A DNA stretch of 64,000 bases from Mycobacteriales bacterium (GTDB taxonomy: Bacteria > Actinomycetota > Actinomycetes > Mycobacteriales > SCTD01), in NCBI GenBank assembly GCA_035540755.1, contig DATLGD010000164.1, positions 12 to 64,011 of the forward strand, given 5' to 3'. Both the position numbers and the translations under genes were made by a program. Below are positions 11,641 through 20,622 of the stretch, piece by piece; position 1 is the stretch's first letter, and every line of letters starts with the position of its first letter. Below the pieces are notes generated by a model. That model searched no databases and had not been told where the DNA came from. It saw only the letters and a list, made by a program, of their open reading frames with translations.

Positions 11641-11973
11641 CCGTCCAGTGTGCCTGCTCCCGCGCTCGCCGCCCGCTGCAGACGGCTCGGCGAGGGCGGC
11701 GCCTGAAGGATGGCGCGGGGACAGGCGACCGGAGCCCTTCGGACCGACCCCGCGACGGATGGGTCCCGTCGCGCTGCCGTTGTCTACTGGACGCGGTCAC
11801 CTGTCCCGGCGCGCCACCTCGTTCAGGGAAGCGGTGCTCCGACGACCTCGCGGCGGCTCCGGTCCTGTCGCTGGCCTGCCGGTCCGGCGGAGGATGTCCG
11901 CCGGGCCGTCTCGCCAGGTCCGGAGCAGTGCGTCGACCGGGTCAGGTGGCCGTTCGTCGGTGGGACCGGCGCG

Positions 11974-12004
11974 AGGGTACTGCGGACCCTGCACGGCGTG
12001 TCAA
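11974..12004 (-). promoter_or_regulatory. Candidate sigma70-type promoter driving the lnt leader
   Basis: The minus strand reads TTGACA (12004-11999), a 19-nt spacer, then TACCCT (11979-11974, TAnnnT). The spacer is long. The call rests on sequence inspection alone. Confidence 0.3.
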
Positions 12005-12022
12005 CCGCCTGCACTCCTTGAC

Positions 12023-12062
12023 TTTCGGGCGATCAGCGGGACTTCTCGGCGATCAGCGGGGA
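12023..12062. repeat. Imperfect ~20-bp tandem duplication spanning the amidohydrolase stop codon
   Basis: TTCGGGCGATCAGCGGGAC / TTCTCGGCGATCAGCGGGGAC. The second copy contains the stop codon at 12053-12055. Confidence 0.7.
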
Positions 12063-13672
12063 CGCATCCGGTCGTCGAGCGCCACGTCGAGGCGGTCGGC
12101 GCCGTGCACGGCCCACCCCCTGACGACCGTGGCGAGGCAGACCGGGTCGTCGGCCGCCAGGTCCGGCAGCCCGGACACGCCGGCCCGGGGGTCGGTGGAC
12201 CAGCCGGCCACCCGGCCGTCGGGGACCTGCACCACGAGCTCGCCGGGAACCTCCCAGGCGGCGAAGGTGGCCGGAGCCCCCGGCACCAGGTCACCGGAGA
12301 CGTCGTCGCGGACGGCCCGCCAGCCGCCGCGGGTGTGCGCGGCGAAGGCGGCCCGCGCCGACAGCCCGCTGCCGGGTGTGCGGTGCAGCACGGCTGCCCG
12401 GACGCCGCCCCAGGGATCGAGCGGTGTCACCGGGGCGTCGGAGCCGAGCGCGAGCGGCACCCCGGCGGCAGCGAGTGCCGCGTACGGGTTCATCCGGGCG
12501 GCCCGCTCCGGTCCCAGGCGCTGCACGTACATGCCGTCCGGCCCGCCCCAGCGGGCGTCGAAGGCCGGCTGGACGCTCGCCACGGCACCGTGCGCGGCGA
12601 GGCCGGCGATGTGGGCGCCGGTGAGCAGCTCGGCGTGCTCGACGCGGTGGCGGGCCGCCCGGACGGCGTCGAGGCCCACGTCGCCCGCGGCTGCGGCCAG
12701 CCCGTCGACGACGGCCGTGAGCGCGGCATCGCCGATCGCGTGGAACCCGGCCTGCAGGCCGGCCCTGGTGCACGCTGCGACGTGCCGCCGTACCTGGTCG
12801 GACGACAGGTAGCCGACGCCGCAGGTGGCGGCGTCGGCGTACGGATCGGCCAGGCACGCGGTGTGGCTGCCGACGGCCCCGTCGGCGAACAGGTCGCCGC
12901 CGGCCCCCACGGCCCCGAGCTCACGGGCGCGCTCGACGCCGTCCAGCTCGCCCCAGTAGCCGAGGACGGCGGGGCCTGGCTCCTCCGCCGCCAGCGACAG
13001 CAGGGACCGGAAGTCGTCCTCGCCCCCGATCTCCGGGCCGCCGCACTCGTGCAGGCAGCCGATGCCGAGCTCGGCCGCGCGCTGCCGGGTGGCGCGCTGG
13101 GCGAGTCGGCGCTGGGCCGGTGACACCGCGGCGTACGCCGCGGTGCGGACGGCCAGGTGCGCCTGCTGCCGGACCAGGCCCTCCCCGACGAAGCCCGGCA
13201 GGTCCCGGGCGTGCGGCGTCGCGGCGAGCAGCGCGCTGGAGGCCACCGCGGAGTGCACGTCGGTACGGGCGAGGTAGACCACTCCCCCGTAGCTCGCCCG
13301 GTCCAGCTCAGCCGCCGTCGGGGGGCGCCGCTCGGGCCACGCGGTGTCGTCCCAGCCCGTGCCGAGCAGCACGCCGCCCCGCGCCACCCGGGCGGCCTGC
13401 GCCACCCGGTCCAGCGCTGCGGCGAGCGACGGCACGCCGGTGAGGTCCAGCCCGGCCAGCGCCAGCCCGGTCGACGTCGCGTGCACGTGTGCGTCGACGA
13501 AGGCCGGCGCCACCCACGCGTCCTCGAGGTCCACCACGCGGTCGGCCGCCAGGGCGTCGGCGGCCTGCTCGCCGCCGACCCAGGCGACCGTGCCGCCGTC
13601 GACGAGCAGGGCGGTGGCGAACGGGTCGGCCGACGACCGCACCCGGCCGCGGCGGAACAGCGTGGTCGGCAC
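12053..13672 (-). CDS. Amidohydrolase-family metallohydrolase (YtcJ-like, Amidohydro_3)
   Basis: 539 aa with an N-terminal metal motif (PAFVDAHVHAT), later HAIGD and RVEHAELL, and C-terminal LGSDAPVTPLDPW. Confidence 0.85.
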   Translation of the reverse strand: MPTTLFRRGRVRSSADPFATALLVDGGTVAWVGGEQAADALAADRVVDLEDAWVAPAFVDAHVHATSTGLALAGLDLTGVPSLAAALDRVAQAARVARGGVLLGTGWDDTAWPERRPPTAAELDRASYGGVVYLARTDVHSAVASSALLAATPHARDLPGFVGEGLVRQQAHLAVRTAAYAAVSPAQRRLAQRATRQRAAELGIGCLHECGGPEIGGEDDFRSLLSLAAEEPGPAVLGYWGELDGVERARELGAVGAGGDLFADGAVGSHTACLADPYADAATCGVGYLSSDQVRRHVAACTRAGLQAGFHAIGDAALTAVVDGLAAAAGDVGLDAVRAARHRVEHAELLTGAHIAGLAAHGAVASVQPAFDARWGGPDGMYVQRLGPERAARMNPYAALAAAGVPLALGSDAPVTPLDPWGGVRAAVLHRTPGSGLSARAAFAAHTRGGWRAVRDDVSGDLVPGAPATFAAWEVPGELVVQVPDGRVAGWSTDPRAGVSGLPDLAADDPVCLATVVRGWAVHGADRLDVALDDRMRPR

Positions 13673-13803
13673 CGCGCCAGGCTACGAGGGTGCGGGTTGA
13701 GGCCGGGACCGGCACCGGACCTCCCGTCACGCCCGTGACGAGCAGGAGAACGTCCCGCAACAGCCCTGGCGTGCAGGACGTCCTCCCGTCTACTCTCCGG
13801 ACC

Positions 13804-15135
13804 ATGACGGTCACCGCCAGCAGCAGCGCTCCGCCCGCCCCCGCCGAGGTCCACGAGACGCTCCGTCGGTCGATGCTCGTCGACGGCTTCGACCTGGTGC
13901 TCGACCTGGCCGCCTCGCGCGGCTCCACGCTGGTCGACGCGCGAGACGGCACCCGCTACCTGGACCTGTTCACCTTCTTCGCCTCGTCCGCGCTCGGGAT
14001 GAACGACCCGGCGCTGGCCGACGACCCGCTGTTCCGCGAGGAGCTGCTCGAGGCGGCGCTGAACAAGCCCAGCAACTCCGACGTCTACAGCGTGCCGATG
14101 GCGCGCTTCGTCGAGACCTTCGCCCGGGTGCTCGGCGACCCGGCGCTGCCGCACCTGTTCTTCGTCGAGGGGGGCGCGCTCGCCGTCGAGAACGCGCTCA
14201 AGGTCGCCTTCGACTGGAAGAGCCGGCGCAACGAGGCCGCCGGCCGCGACCCGGCCCTGGGCAGCCGGGTGCTCCACCTCGAGCACGCCTTCCACGGCCG
14301 CAGCGGCTACACGATGTCGCTCACCAACACCGACCCGAACAAGGTCGCCCGCTTCCCGACGTTCGACTGGCCGCGCATCCCGGCGCCCTACCTCAGCGAG
14401 GGGCGCGACGTCGCCGCCGCCGAGCGCACCGCCCTCGCCGCCGCTCGGGCCGCGTTCGAGCGCCACCCGCACGACATCGCCTGCTTCCTCATGGAGCCGG
14501 TGCAGGGCGAGGGCGGCGACCACCACTTCCGGCCGGAGTTCCTGCAGGCGATGCACGCGCTGTGCGTCGAGCACGACGCCCTGTTCGTGCTGGACGAGGT
14601 GCAGACCGGCTGCGGGCTCACCGGCACCGCCTGGGCCTACCAGCAGCTCGGCGTGCAGCCCGACGTCGTCGCGTTCGGCAAGAAGACGCAGGTGTGCGGG
14701 GTGATGGCCGGCGGGCGGGTCGACGACGTGGCCGAGAACGTCTTCGCCGTCGGCAGCCGCATCAACAGCACGTGGGGGGGCTCGCTGACCGACATGGTCC
14801 GGGCCCGCCGGATCCTCGAGGTGGTCGAGCGCGACGGGCTGATCGCCCGCGCCAGGGCGCTCGAGCCGGTGCTGCTCGGCCTCCTGCGGGACCTCGCCTC
14901 GCGCCACGCGTCCGTCACCGACGTGCGCGGCCGCGGCCTGATGTGCGCGCTGACCCTGCCCGAGCGCGCCGGACGGGACGCCGTCCTCGACCGGCTGCGC
15001 GACCACGAGCACGTCCTGCTGCTCGGCTGCGGGACGCGCAGCATCCGCTTCCGTCCCGCCCTGACGGTGACCGAGGACGAGCTCGCCGCCGGCGTCGCCG
15101 CGCTCGACCGGGCTCTGACGGCGTCGTCGCTCTGA
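13804..15135 (+). CDS. lat: L-lysine 6-transaminase (lysine epsilon-aminotransferase)
   Basis: 443 aa, near-colinear with the remembered Mtb Lat: RSMLVDGFDLVLDL, YLDLFTFFASSALGMN, NKPSNSDVYSVPMARFVETFARVLGDPALPHLFFVEGGALAVENALK, FDEVQTGCGLTGTAWAYQQL, FGKKTQVCG. The ATG at 13804 was chosen; the track ORF begins upstream at 13489. Confidence 0.92.
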   Translation: MTVTASSSAPPAPAEVHETLRRSMLVDGFDLVLDLAASRGSTLVDARDGTRYLDLFTFFASSALGMNDPALADDPLFREELLEAALNKPSNSDVYSVPMARFVETFARVLGDPALPHLFFVEGGALAVENALKVAFDWKSRRNEAAGRDPALGSRVLHLEHAFHGRSGYTMSLTNTDPNKVARFPTFDWPRIPAPYLSEGRDVAAAERTALAAARAAFERHPHDIACFLMEPVQGEGGDHHFRPEFLQAMHALCVEHDALFVLDEVQTGCGLTGTAWAYQQLGVQPDVVAFGKKTQVCGVMAGGRVDDVAENVFAVGSRINSTWGGSLTDMVRARRILEVVERDGLIARARALEPVLLGLLRDLASRHASVTDVRGRGLMCALTLPERAGRDAVLDRLRDHEHVLLLGCGTRSIRFRPALTVTEDELAAGVAALDRALTASSL

Positions 15136-15211
15136 GCCGTCCGGGTCGCGGCGCACCGCGGCCCCGGCTGGCAGTCTGACCTCCCCTCCCCTCGCTCCCC
15201 AGGAGACCCCG

Positions 15212-16783
15212 ATGACCTCGCGTGTGACTGCCTTCGTCGACGGCGCGTCCGTCGACGGCGCCGCCGGCACCGTCCGGACGACCAACCCCGCCCGGCTCGA
15301 CGACGTCGTCGCCGAGGTGGCTCTGTCGACGTCCGACCAGCTCGTCGAGGCGTTCCGCGCGGCGAAGGCCGCCCAGCCGGCCTGGGCGGCGACCCCTGCG
15401 CCGGTGCGCGGCAAGGTCATCGCCGCGGTGGGCAGGCTGGTCGAGGACAACCTGGAGGCGCTGGCGCAGCTGGTGACCCGGGAGGTCGGCAAGCCGATCG
15501 CCGAGGCGCGGGGCGAGGTCCAGGAGATCGTGGACACCTGCGACTTCTTCCTCGGCGAGGGCCGGCGCCTCTACGGCCAGACGGTGCCGAGCGAGATGCG
15601 CGACAAGCAGCTGTTCACCTTCCGGGTGCCGGTCGGCGTCGCGGGGATCATCACCGCGGGCAACTTCCCGGTCGCGGTGCCCTCCTGGTACCTCGTCCCG
15701 GCGCTGCTGTGCGGCAACGCCGTCGTCTGGAAGCCGGCCGAGTACAGCGCCGCGCTCGGCGACGCCCTCACCCGCCTGTTCGTGGCCGGAGGGGTCCCCA
15801 CCGGTGTGCTGAACACCGTGCACGCCGACGGCCCGACCACCTACGAGGGCCTGTCGCGCGCCCTCGAGCAGGGCCTGGTGAACAAGGTCGGCTTCACCGG
15901 CTCGTCCGAGGTCGGGGTCCGCATCGGCGAGCTCTGCGGCCGGCACCTGCAGAACCCCTGCCTGGAGCTCGGCGGCAAGAACCCGCTGGTCGTCATGCCC
16001 GACGCCGATCTCGACCTCGCCGCCGAGGGCGCGCTGTTCAGCGGCTTCGGCACGGCCGGCCAGCGGTGCACCTCGCTGGGTGTCGCGATCGTCCACGAGG
16101 ACGTCCACGACGAGTTCCTGCGCCGCCTGCTCGAGCGCCTGGCCGCGGCGAAGGTCGGCGACCCGACATCGGAGGAGGTGCTCTACGGGCCGATGCTGTC
16201 CGAGCGCTTCCTGCAGGGCTGGGAGAAGTGGCTCGGCGAGATCCAGCCGCACCACACCGCGCACGGCAAGCAGGGCCGCATCACCTCGTCGAATCCGCGC
16301 GACGGCTTCGTCGGCGACCCTGACGCCGGGGTGTTCGCGCACCCGGTCGTGGTCAGCGGCGTGCGACCCGACGACGCTCTCTACCGCAACGAGACCTTCG
16401 GCCCGCTGGTGTCGGTGATGCGCTTCTCGACCTTCGACGAAGCGGTGGAGCTGGCGAACGGGCACGGCTACGGGCTCTCCAGCGCCATCTACACCCGTGA
16501 CGCGCAGGCGGCGTTCCGGTTCCGCGAGCGGGTCAGCGCCGGGATGCTGTCGGTGAACAACTCGACGTCCGGGGCCGAGGCGCACCTGCCCTTCGGCGGC
16601 AACGGCAAGAGCGGCAACGGCTCGCGGCAGAGCGGCGTGTGGGTGCTCGACCAGTTCACCCGCTGGCAGTCGATGAACTGGGACTACGCCGGCAAGCTGC
16701 AGAAGGCCCAGATGGACACCGAGCAGCCGGCCGGAGGCAGCACGGTGGCCGATCCGCGCTTCCGGCTGCAGCAGACGCCCTGA
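15212..16783 (+). CDS. pcd: Aldehyde dehydrogenase, probable piperideine-6-carboxylate (alpha-aminoadipate semialdehyde) dehydrogenase
   Basis: 523-aa ALDH with LELGGKNP, FSGFGTAGQRCTS (catalytic Cys) and ETFGPL. It lies immediately downstream of lat. The specific substrate is inferred from that context. Confidence 0.8.
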   Translation: MTSRVTAFVDGASVDGAAGTVRTTNPARLDDVVAEVALSTSDQLVEAFRAAKAAQPAWAATPAPVRGKVIAAVGRLVEDNLEALAQLVTREVGKPIAEARGEVQEIVDTCDFFLGEGRRLYGQTVPSEMRDKQLFTFRVPVGVAGIITAGNFPVAVPSWYLVPALLCGNAVVWKPAEYSAALGDALTRLFVAGGVPTGVLNTVHADGPTTYEGLSRALEQGLVNKVGFTGSSEVGVRIGELCGRHLQNPCLELGGKNPLVVMPDADLDLAAEGALFSGFGTAGQRCTSLGVAIVHEDVHDEFLRRLLERLAAAKVGDPTSEEVLYGPMLSERFLQGWEKWLGEIQPHHTAHGKQGRITSSNPRDGFVGDPDAGVFAHPVVVSGVRPDDALYRNETFGPLVSVMRFSTFDEAVELANGHGYGLSSAIYTRDAQAAFRFRERVSAGMLSVNNSTSGAEAHLPFGGNGKSGNGSRQSGVWVLDQFTRWQSMNWDYAGKLQKAQMDTEQPAGGSTVADPRFRLQQTP

Positions 16784-16789
16784 GGCGCG

Positions 16790-17191
16790 TCAGCGCTGCT
16801 TGCGGTGGTTCACCCTCGTCGCGTCGACGAGGAAGGTGATCCGCTGCTCCCCCGGCTGCCGGAACGGGTAGCTGTCGGCGTCCAGGTACTTCTTGGCCAG
16901 CCGGTCGATGTGCGCGTCGGCCCCCTCGGTCGTGCCGCGGGCGGTGCCGCGCACCTCGACGTAGTCGTAGGGGTTGTCCTCGTCGTAGACGACGACGGTG
17001 ATGCGCGGGTCGCGCTCGAGGTTGCTCGGCCAGGTGCGCCCGACGGCGCTGTTCACCGCGAGCCGGCCGTCCTGCACGTCCACCCACACGACCGTGCTGT
17101 GCACCGAGCCGTCGCCGTTCACCGTCGACACGACGGCGTGGTTCCTCTTGTCCAGCAGCGCCTGGACACCGGGGTCGTCGATCGAGGCCAT
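16790..17191 (-). CDS. PPOX-class (pyridoxamine 5'-phosphate oxidase-like) probable F420-dependent enzyme
   Basis: 133 aa with the typical split-barrel pattern: NHAVVSTVNGDGSVHSTVVW.....GRLAVNS...R.W..NLERDPRITVVV. Confidence 0.75.
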   Translation of the reverse strand: MASIDDPGVQALLDKRNHAVVSTVNGDGSVHSTVVWVDVQDGRLAVNSAVGRTWPSNLERDPRITVVVYDEDNPYDYVEVRGTARGTTEGADAHIDRLAKKYLDADSYPFRQPGEQRITFLVDATRVNHRKQR

Positions 17192-17216
17192 CTGCGTGCA
17201 TCCTTCCGTTCGGGAG

Positions 17217-19028
17217 TCAGAACCAGGCGTCCTGCATGTCCAGGGTCGTGCGGTCGAGGCTGTTCAGCAGGTCGAGCTGCGGGCCGGTGCGCGGCAGCTC
17301 GAAGCCGAAGAAGTACCGCGCCGCCTGCCTCTTGCCCTCGTAGAAGTCGCCGGACGCGTCGCCCGCGGCGAGCAGCTGCTCGAGCCACAGCCAGGCGACG
17401 ACCACGTGCCCGACCGCCTCGAGGTAGACGCTCGCGTTGGCCAGTGCCACCTCGGGATCCATGCCGGCCCACAGCGCGGCGGTGACCTCGCCGACCCGCT
17501 GAACGACCGCGTCGAGCTCGTCGGCGTGCTCGGCCGCCTGACCGCCGGCGGCCCGCGCGCGAGCCGTCGTGGCGCCGATGGTCTCGACGAGCAGTGCGAG
17601 CCCCGCGCCGCCGTGCATGACCACCTTGCGGCCGAGCAGGTCGAGCGCCTGGATGCCGTGCGTGCCCTCGTGGATGGGGTTCAGCCGGTTGTCGCGGTAG
17701 TGCTGCTCGACGTCGTACTCGCGGGTGTAGCCGTAGCCGCCGAGCACCTGGATGGCGAGGCTGTTGGCCTCCAGGCACCACTGCGACGGCCAGCTCTTGG
17801 CGATCGGGGTGAGGGTGTCGAGAAGCAGGTGCGCCCGGTCGCGCTCCTCCTCTGTCTCGGCGGTCCTCTCGTCGTCGACCAGCCGGCCGCAGTACAGGAC
17901 CAGGGCCAGCGCTCCCTCGACGTAGGACTTCTGGGCCAGCAGCATCCGGCGCACGTCGGCGTGCTGCACGATCGGCACCTGGGGCGCGGACGGGTCCTTG
18001 GCGGCGATCGGCCGCCCCTGGGGCCGCTCGCGCGCGTACTGCAGCGACTTCAGGTAGCCGGTGTAGCCGAGCGCGGTGGCGCCCGAGCCGACGCCGATGC
18101 GCGCCTCGTTCATCATGTGGAACATGTAGGCCAGGCCGCGGTGCTGCTCGCCGACGAGGTACCCCACGGCCCCGGGCCGCCCGCCGGGGCGGTGCACCCC
18201 CTCCCCGAAGTTGAGCAGGGTGTTCGTGGTGCCGCGGTAGCCCATCTTGTGGTTGAGGCCGGCGAGCACCACGTCGTTGCGCTCGCCGAGCGCGCCGTCG
18301 TCGCCGACCAGCACCTTGGGCACGACGAACAGGCTGATGCCCTTCACCCCGGGCGGCGAGCCTGGGATCCGCGCCAGCACGAGGTGGACGATGTTCTCGG
18401 ACAGGTCGTGCTCGCCGGCGCTGATCCACATCTTGTTGCCGAACAGCCGGTAGGTGCCGTCGTCCTGCGGCTCGGCGCGGGTCGCGACGTCGGCCAGCGA
18501 GCTGCCGGCCTGCGGCTCCGACAGGCACATGGTGCCGAAGAAGCGGCCCTCGACCATGGCCGGCACGAACCGCTCGACCAGCTCGGGCGTGCCGTGCTCG
18601 AGCAGCAGGTTCGCGTTGCCGATGGTCAGGAACGGGTAGCTGCTGGTGCCGACGTTCGCGGCCTGGAACCAGCCGAAGCAGGCGCCCGACACCACGTGCG
18701 GCAGCTGCATGCCGCCGACGCTCTCGTCCATGCTGCTCGCAACCAGGCCGGTGCGCGCGAAGACGTCGAGGGCCGGCTTGACCTCGGGGATGACGGTGAC
18801 GCGCTCGCCGTCGAACACCGGCTCGTTCTCGTCGGCCTTCTTGTTGTGCGGCGCGAAGTGCTCGGTCGCGACCTCCTCGGCCAGCGACAGCACGGCGTCG
18901 AACGTCTCGCGGGAGTGCTCGGCGTAGCGCGGGCGCTTGGTGAGCAGCTCGACGTCGAGCCACTCGTACAGCAGGAAGTCGAGGTCGCGGCGCGACAGGA
19001 GCAGGCTCTTCAGCGGCGGGGTCGGCAC
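17217..19028 (-). CDS. Large acyl-CoA dehydrogenase (~600 aa, with extra N- and C-terminal domains)
   Basis: 603 aa starting at GTG 19028. ACAD core motifs are present (GTMCLSEPQAGSSL, NKMWISAGEHD, LNHKMGYRGTTN, GGYGYTREYDVEQHYRDNRLNPIHEGT). The start lies 4 nt after the stop of the upstream TPP enzyme. Confidence 0.88.
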   Translation of the reverse strand: MPTPPLKSLLLSRRDLDFLLYEWLDVELLTKRPRYAEHSRETFDAVLSLAEEVATEHFAPHNKKADENEPVFDGERVTVIPEVKPALDVFARTGLVASSMDESVGGMQLPHVVSGACFGWFQAANVGTSSYPFLTIGNANLLLEHGTPELVERFVPAMVEGRFFGTMCLSEPQAGSSLADVATRAEPQDDGTYRLFGNKMWISAGEHDLSENIVHLVLARIPGSPPGVKGISLFVVPKVLVGDDGALGERNDVVLAGLNHKMGYRGTTNTLLNFGEGVHRPGGRPGAVGYLVGEQHRGLAYMFHMMNEARIGVGSGATALGYTGYLKSLQYARERPQGRPIAAKDPSAPQVPIVQHADVRRMLLAQKSYVEGALALVLYCGRLVDDERTAETEEERDRAHLLLDTLTPIAKSWPSQWCLEANSLAIQVLGGYGYTREYDVEQHYRDNRLNPIHEGTHGIQALDLLGRKVVMHGGAGLALLVETIGATTARARAAGGQAAEHADELDAVVQRVGEVTAALWAGMDPEVALANASVYLEAVGHVVVAWLWLEQLLAAGDASGDFYEGKRQAARYFFGFELPRTGPQLDLLNSLDRTTLDMQDAWF

Positions 19029-19032
19029 CGGC

Positions 19033-20622
19033 TCACCGTACGGCCGCCCGGTACCAGCGCGGCGAGGTGTTCGGCGGTGGCACGAGGTCGGCCGGCACGA
19101 CCAGCAGCGACGGGCCGTCCGTGCGCATGTGCCGCTGCAGCGCGTCCGCCAGCTGCCCGATGCCGACCCGCTCGGCGGGCACCCGGAACGCCTCGGCCAG
19201 CGCGACGAAGTCGGGCGGCTCGAGGTCGCAGCCGACCGGCGTCTCGCCGTCCTTCTCGAAGTCGTAGGCGAGCATGCCGTAGCCGCCGTCGTCGACGAGG
19301 ACGACCGTGACCGGCAGGCGCTCCTGTGCCGCCGTCGCGAGGTCGCCGCAGGCGAACAGGAAGCCGCCGTCGCCGACCAGGGCGACTGTCGGGCGACCCG
19401 ACAGCGCGGCACCGAGCGAGGCCGGGAAGCCGAAGCCGAGCGTCCCCCAGCCGACCGGGTAGGCCAGGCCGCGGGCCGAGGCCACGCGGCCGTACCCGCC
19501 GTACCAGTAGCCGGCCTTGCACATGTCCGCGACGACCACGGCGTCCTCGGGCAGGGCCGCCTCGATCGCGTCGAGCAGCGCCGTCTCCTGACCGGCCAGG
19601 TGCGAGCGGTCGCCCGGCGGGCGCCACCACGGGCGGCGGCCGGGGTCGGGCAGCGCCTCTGCCAGGGCGCCGAGCGCCTGGCGGGCGTCGGCCCGCACCC
19701 ACAGGTCGGGCGGGTAGTTGACCGGCTGCACGAGGTCGACGGTGACCAGCCGGGGCGGGCGGGGCTGGCGGAAGCCCTGGGTGTTCATGGCGTCGAGGTC
19801 GCTGCCCACGCAGAGCACCAGGTCGGCGTCGTCCCAGAGCGCGCCGACGGCCGGCTCGTGCGGTGGCAGGGCGACCGAACAGGGGTGGTCGGGGGGCAGC
19901 GTGCCCCGGCCGCCGTAGGACGTCAGCACCGGTGCGCCGAGCAGTGCGGCGACCCGGCCGAGCGCCTCGCCGGCGTCGGACGCGGTGACACCGCCGCCGG
20001 CCCACAGCAGCGGGCGCCCGGCCGAGCCGAGCGCGGTGACGACGTCGTCGACGAGCAGCTCGACGTGCACCGCCGGTCGCAGGTCGGGCACCGGCTCTGG
20101 CACCGGCACCCGGGCGCTCAGCAGGTCGGTGGGGATCTCGACGTACACGGGACGCCGCGGCGCCTGCATCGCCAGTCGACCGGCGGCGACGACGTCGAAG
20201 TACAGGTCCTCGGCGCTCTCGACCCGGACCACGGCCTTGGTCACCGGCCGGAAGAACCCGGCCTGGTCGTTGGTCTCGTGGAGCACGCCGCGGTGGGCGC
20301 CGGGGCGGCGGACCGTGCTCGGGATGTCGGTGGCGATGACCAGCAGCGGCGAGTGGCACGCCCACGCCTCGCCGGTGGCGGCGACGACGTTCGCGGCGCC
20401 CGGACCGGTCGTCGTCAGGGCGACGCCGAGCCGGCCGGTGGCCCGCGCGTACCCGTCCGCGGCGTAGCCCGCCGTCTGCTCGTGCCGGACGCCGACCAGG
20501 CGCACGGCCGAGCCGGGGAAGGCCTTCCAGGCGGCCAGGTTGTGCACGCCCGGCAGCCCGAACGCCACCTCGACGTGCAGCGCCTCGAGCGCCTGCACGA
20601 GCACCTCACCGCCGGTGGGCAC
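19033..20622 (-). CDS. Thiamine-diphosphate-dependent enzyme (acetolactate synthase / oxalyl-CoA decarboxylase / 2-hydroxyacyl-CoA lyase superfamily)
   Basis: N-terminal PYR domain (FGLPGVHNL...RHEQTAGYAADGYAR..G..GVALTTTGPGAANV) and C-terminal TPP motif (LVGDGGFLF...LPVTVVLVDDGGYGML). The start is GTG at either 20622 or 20604. Confidence 0.85.
   Translation of the reverse strand: MPTGGEVLVQALEALHVEVAFGLPGVHNLAAWKAFPGSAVRLVGVRHEQTAGYAADGYARATGRLGVALTTTGPGAANVVAATGEAWACHSPLLVIATDIPSTVRRPGAHRGVLHETNDQAGFFRPVTKAVVRVESAEDLYFDVVAAGRLAMQAPRRPVYVEIPTDLLSARVPVPEPVPDLRPAVHVELLVDDVVTALGSAGRPLLWAGGGVTASDAGEALGRVAALLGAPVLTSYGGRGTLPPDHPCSVALPPHEPAVGALWDDADLVLCVGSDLDAMNTQGFRQPRPPRLVTVDLVQPVNYPPDLWVRADARQALGALAEALPDPGRRPWWRPPGDRSHLAGQETALLDAIEAALPEDAVVVADMCKAGYWYGGYGRVASARGLAYPVGWGTLGFGFPASLGAALSGRPTVALVGDGGFLFACGDLATAAQERLPVTVVLVDDGGYGMLAYDFEKDGETPVGCDLEPPDFVALAEAFRVPAERVGIGQLADALQRHMRTDGPSLLVVPADLVPPPNTSPRWYRAAVR

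Noticed and set aside
11641-11970. Identity of the structured lnt-upstream region as RNase P RNA, SRP/4.5S RNA, 6S/Ms1 RNA or tmRNA
   Set aside because: I looked on both strands for the GAGGAAAGUCCGGGC / ACAGAACCCGGCUUA P4 strands of RNase P, the GGUCCGGAAGGAAGCAGCC SRP domain IV with a GNRA loop, and the tmRNA tag or acceptor features. None is present. The apical loop of the long hairpin is AGGAUGU, not GNRA.
12490-15537. 1015-aa minus-strand ORF over the amidohydrolase, lat and pcd region
   Set aside because: It is an alternative frame of the amidohydrolase and antisense to lat, which is near-identical in pattern to known Lat proteins. No domain signatures are present.
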